A DNA stretch of 63,100 nucleotides, the filler included, from Phoronis australis (taxonomy: Eukaryota; Animalia; Phoronida), in the NCBI GenBank assembly GCA_002633005.1. It is 6 parts of 6 records of this genome, joined end to end, with 100 filler letters (N's around TTAATTAATTAA, not from the genome) between each part and the next. Parts side by side here need not be neighbours in the genome. Positions count along the whole stretch, not along the records: positions 60,836 to 63,100 come from NMRA01003764.1; 5 more parts are not named here. One strand, written 5' to 3'. The position numbers were made by a program, and so were the translations under genes. This document shows, one piece after another, positions 62,652-63,100 of this stretch. The notes beneath the pieces were generated by a model, which was not told where the DNA came from, did not search any database, and was given only the letters and a program-made list of their open reading frames with translations. The stretch's first letter is position 1, and every line of letters begins with the position of its first letter.

Positions 62652-63100
62652 AATTGATTTGAATTAGATATGTGGAACCTATCTAAGTGACAACACATGA
62701 CTAACGGAAACGTGACTTCACCAACAAGACAGTGTACCAGACTACCTGTTTTGGTCATCAAAAAATTACACTTCTCTCGCGTGAAAGTTGTTGTTTGTCA
62801 TGGAATAACTCACTAGATCGCATAATTGTGTCACTGAACTTAAATTAAAATCAAAAGCAACAGCAGCCTTTGGTCAACACCCAGTGTTTGAGCTTCAGCA
62901 AATAAATGTGCTGGCCCGCCGGGCCAGATACTTGAATATGAGACCACATCCACATAGGGCCTATATGTGAAAGTTTACTGGCCCGCCCGCAAATCCACTG
63001 GCCCCGGGCCCATCTGACACCTGAATAAACCTGAGTTGGTGTAAATGAGTAGGTAATCTATGGATAGGGTCAAAGACACTCTGTGTGTGTGTGCGTGTGT

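Overview
Eukaryotic (bilaterian invertebrate-like, AT-rich, intron-containing) genomic scaffold, not prokaryotic. Most ORF-track entries are spurious. Spliced genes read from the sequence: (1) a CLN8 TLC-domain gene (- strand; main exon 5528-4691, probable ATG exon 8466-8423); (2) the last exon of a DEG/ENaC channel (- strand, 11971-11435, running into a gap); (3) five phase-compatible exons of a C2-less, membrane-anchored copine/RGLG-type vWA gene (+ strand, 20878-28058); (4) the first coding exon of a GABA-B-receptor-like class C GPCR (+ strand, 47617-48189); (5) three phase-compatible internal exons of a polycystin-1/PKD1L1-like gene (+ strand, 53615-57698); (6) a possible divergent spliced transcript with a small ORF (- strand, 18119-12450). 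The rest is MITEs (hAT-, Harbinger- and Tc1/pogo-like), Helentron-associated (HINE/DINE-1-like) elements, LINE and Penelope relics, and minisatellites. Five 100-bp N44-TTAATTAATTAA-N44 spacers and several single-N joins with duplicated flanks are assembly features and limit claims about adjacency. The most unusual signals are tandem arrays built from an exon end plus its 5' splice site (about 20 decoy donors behind a copine exon, with two smaller parallels), and HINE internal arrays carrying a co-oriented CTCF-like motif about every 140-150 bp. All family assignments come from recalled motifs; no database search was run.
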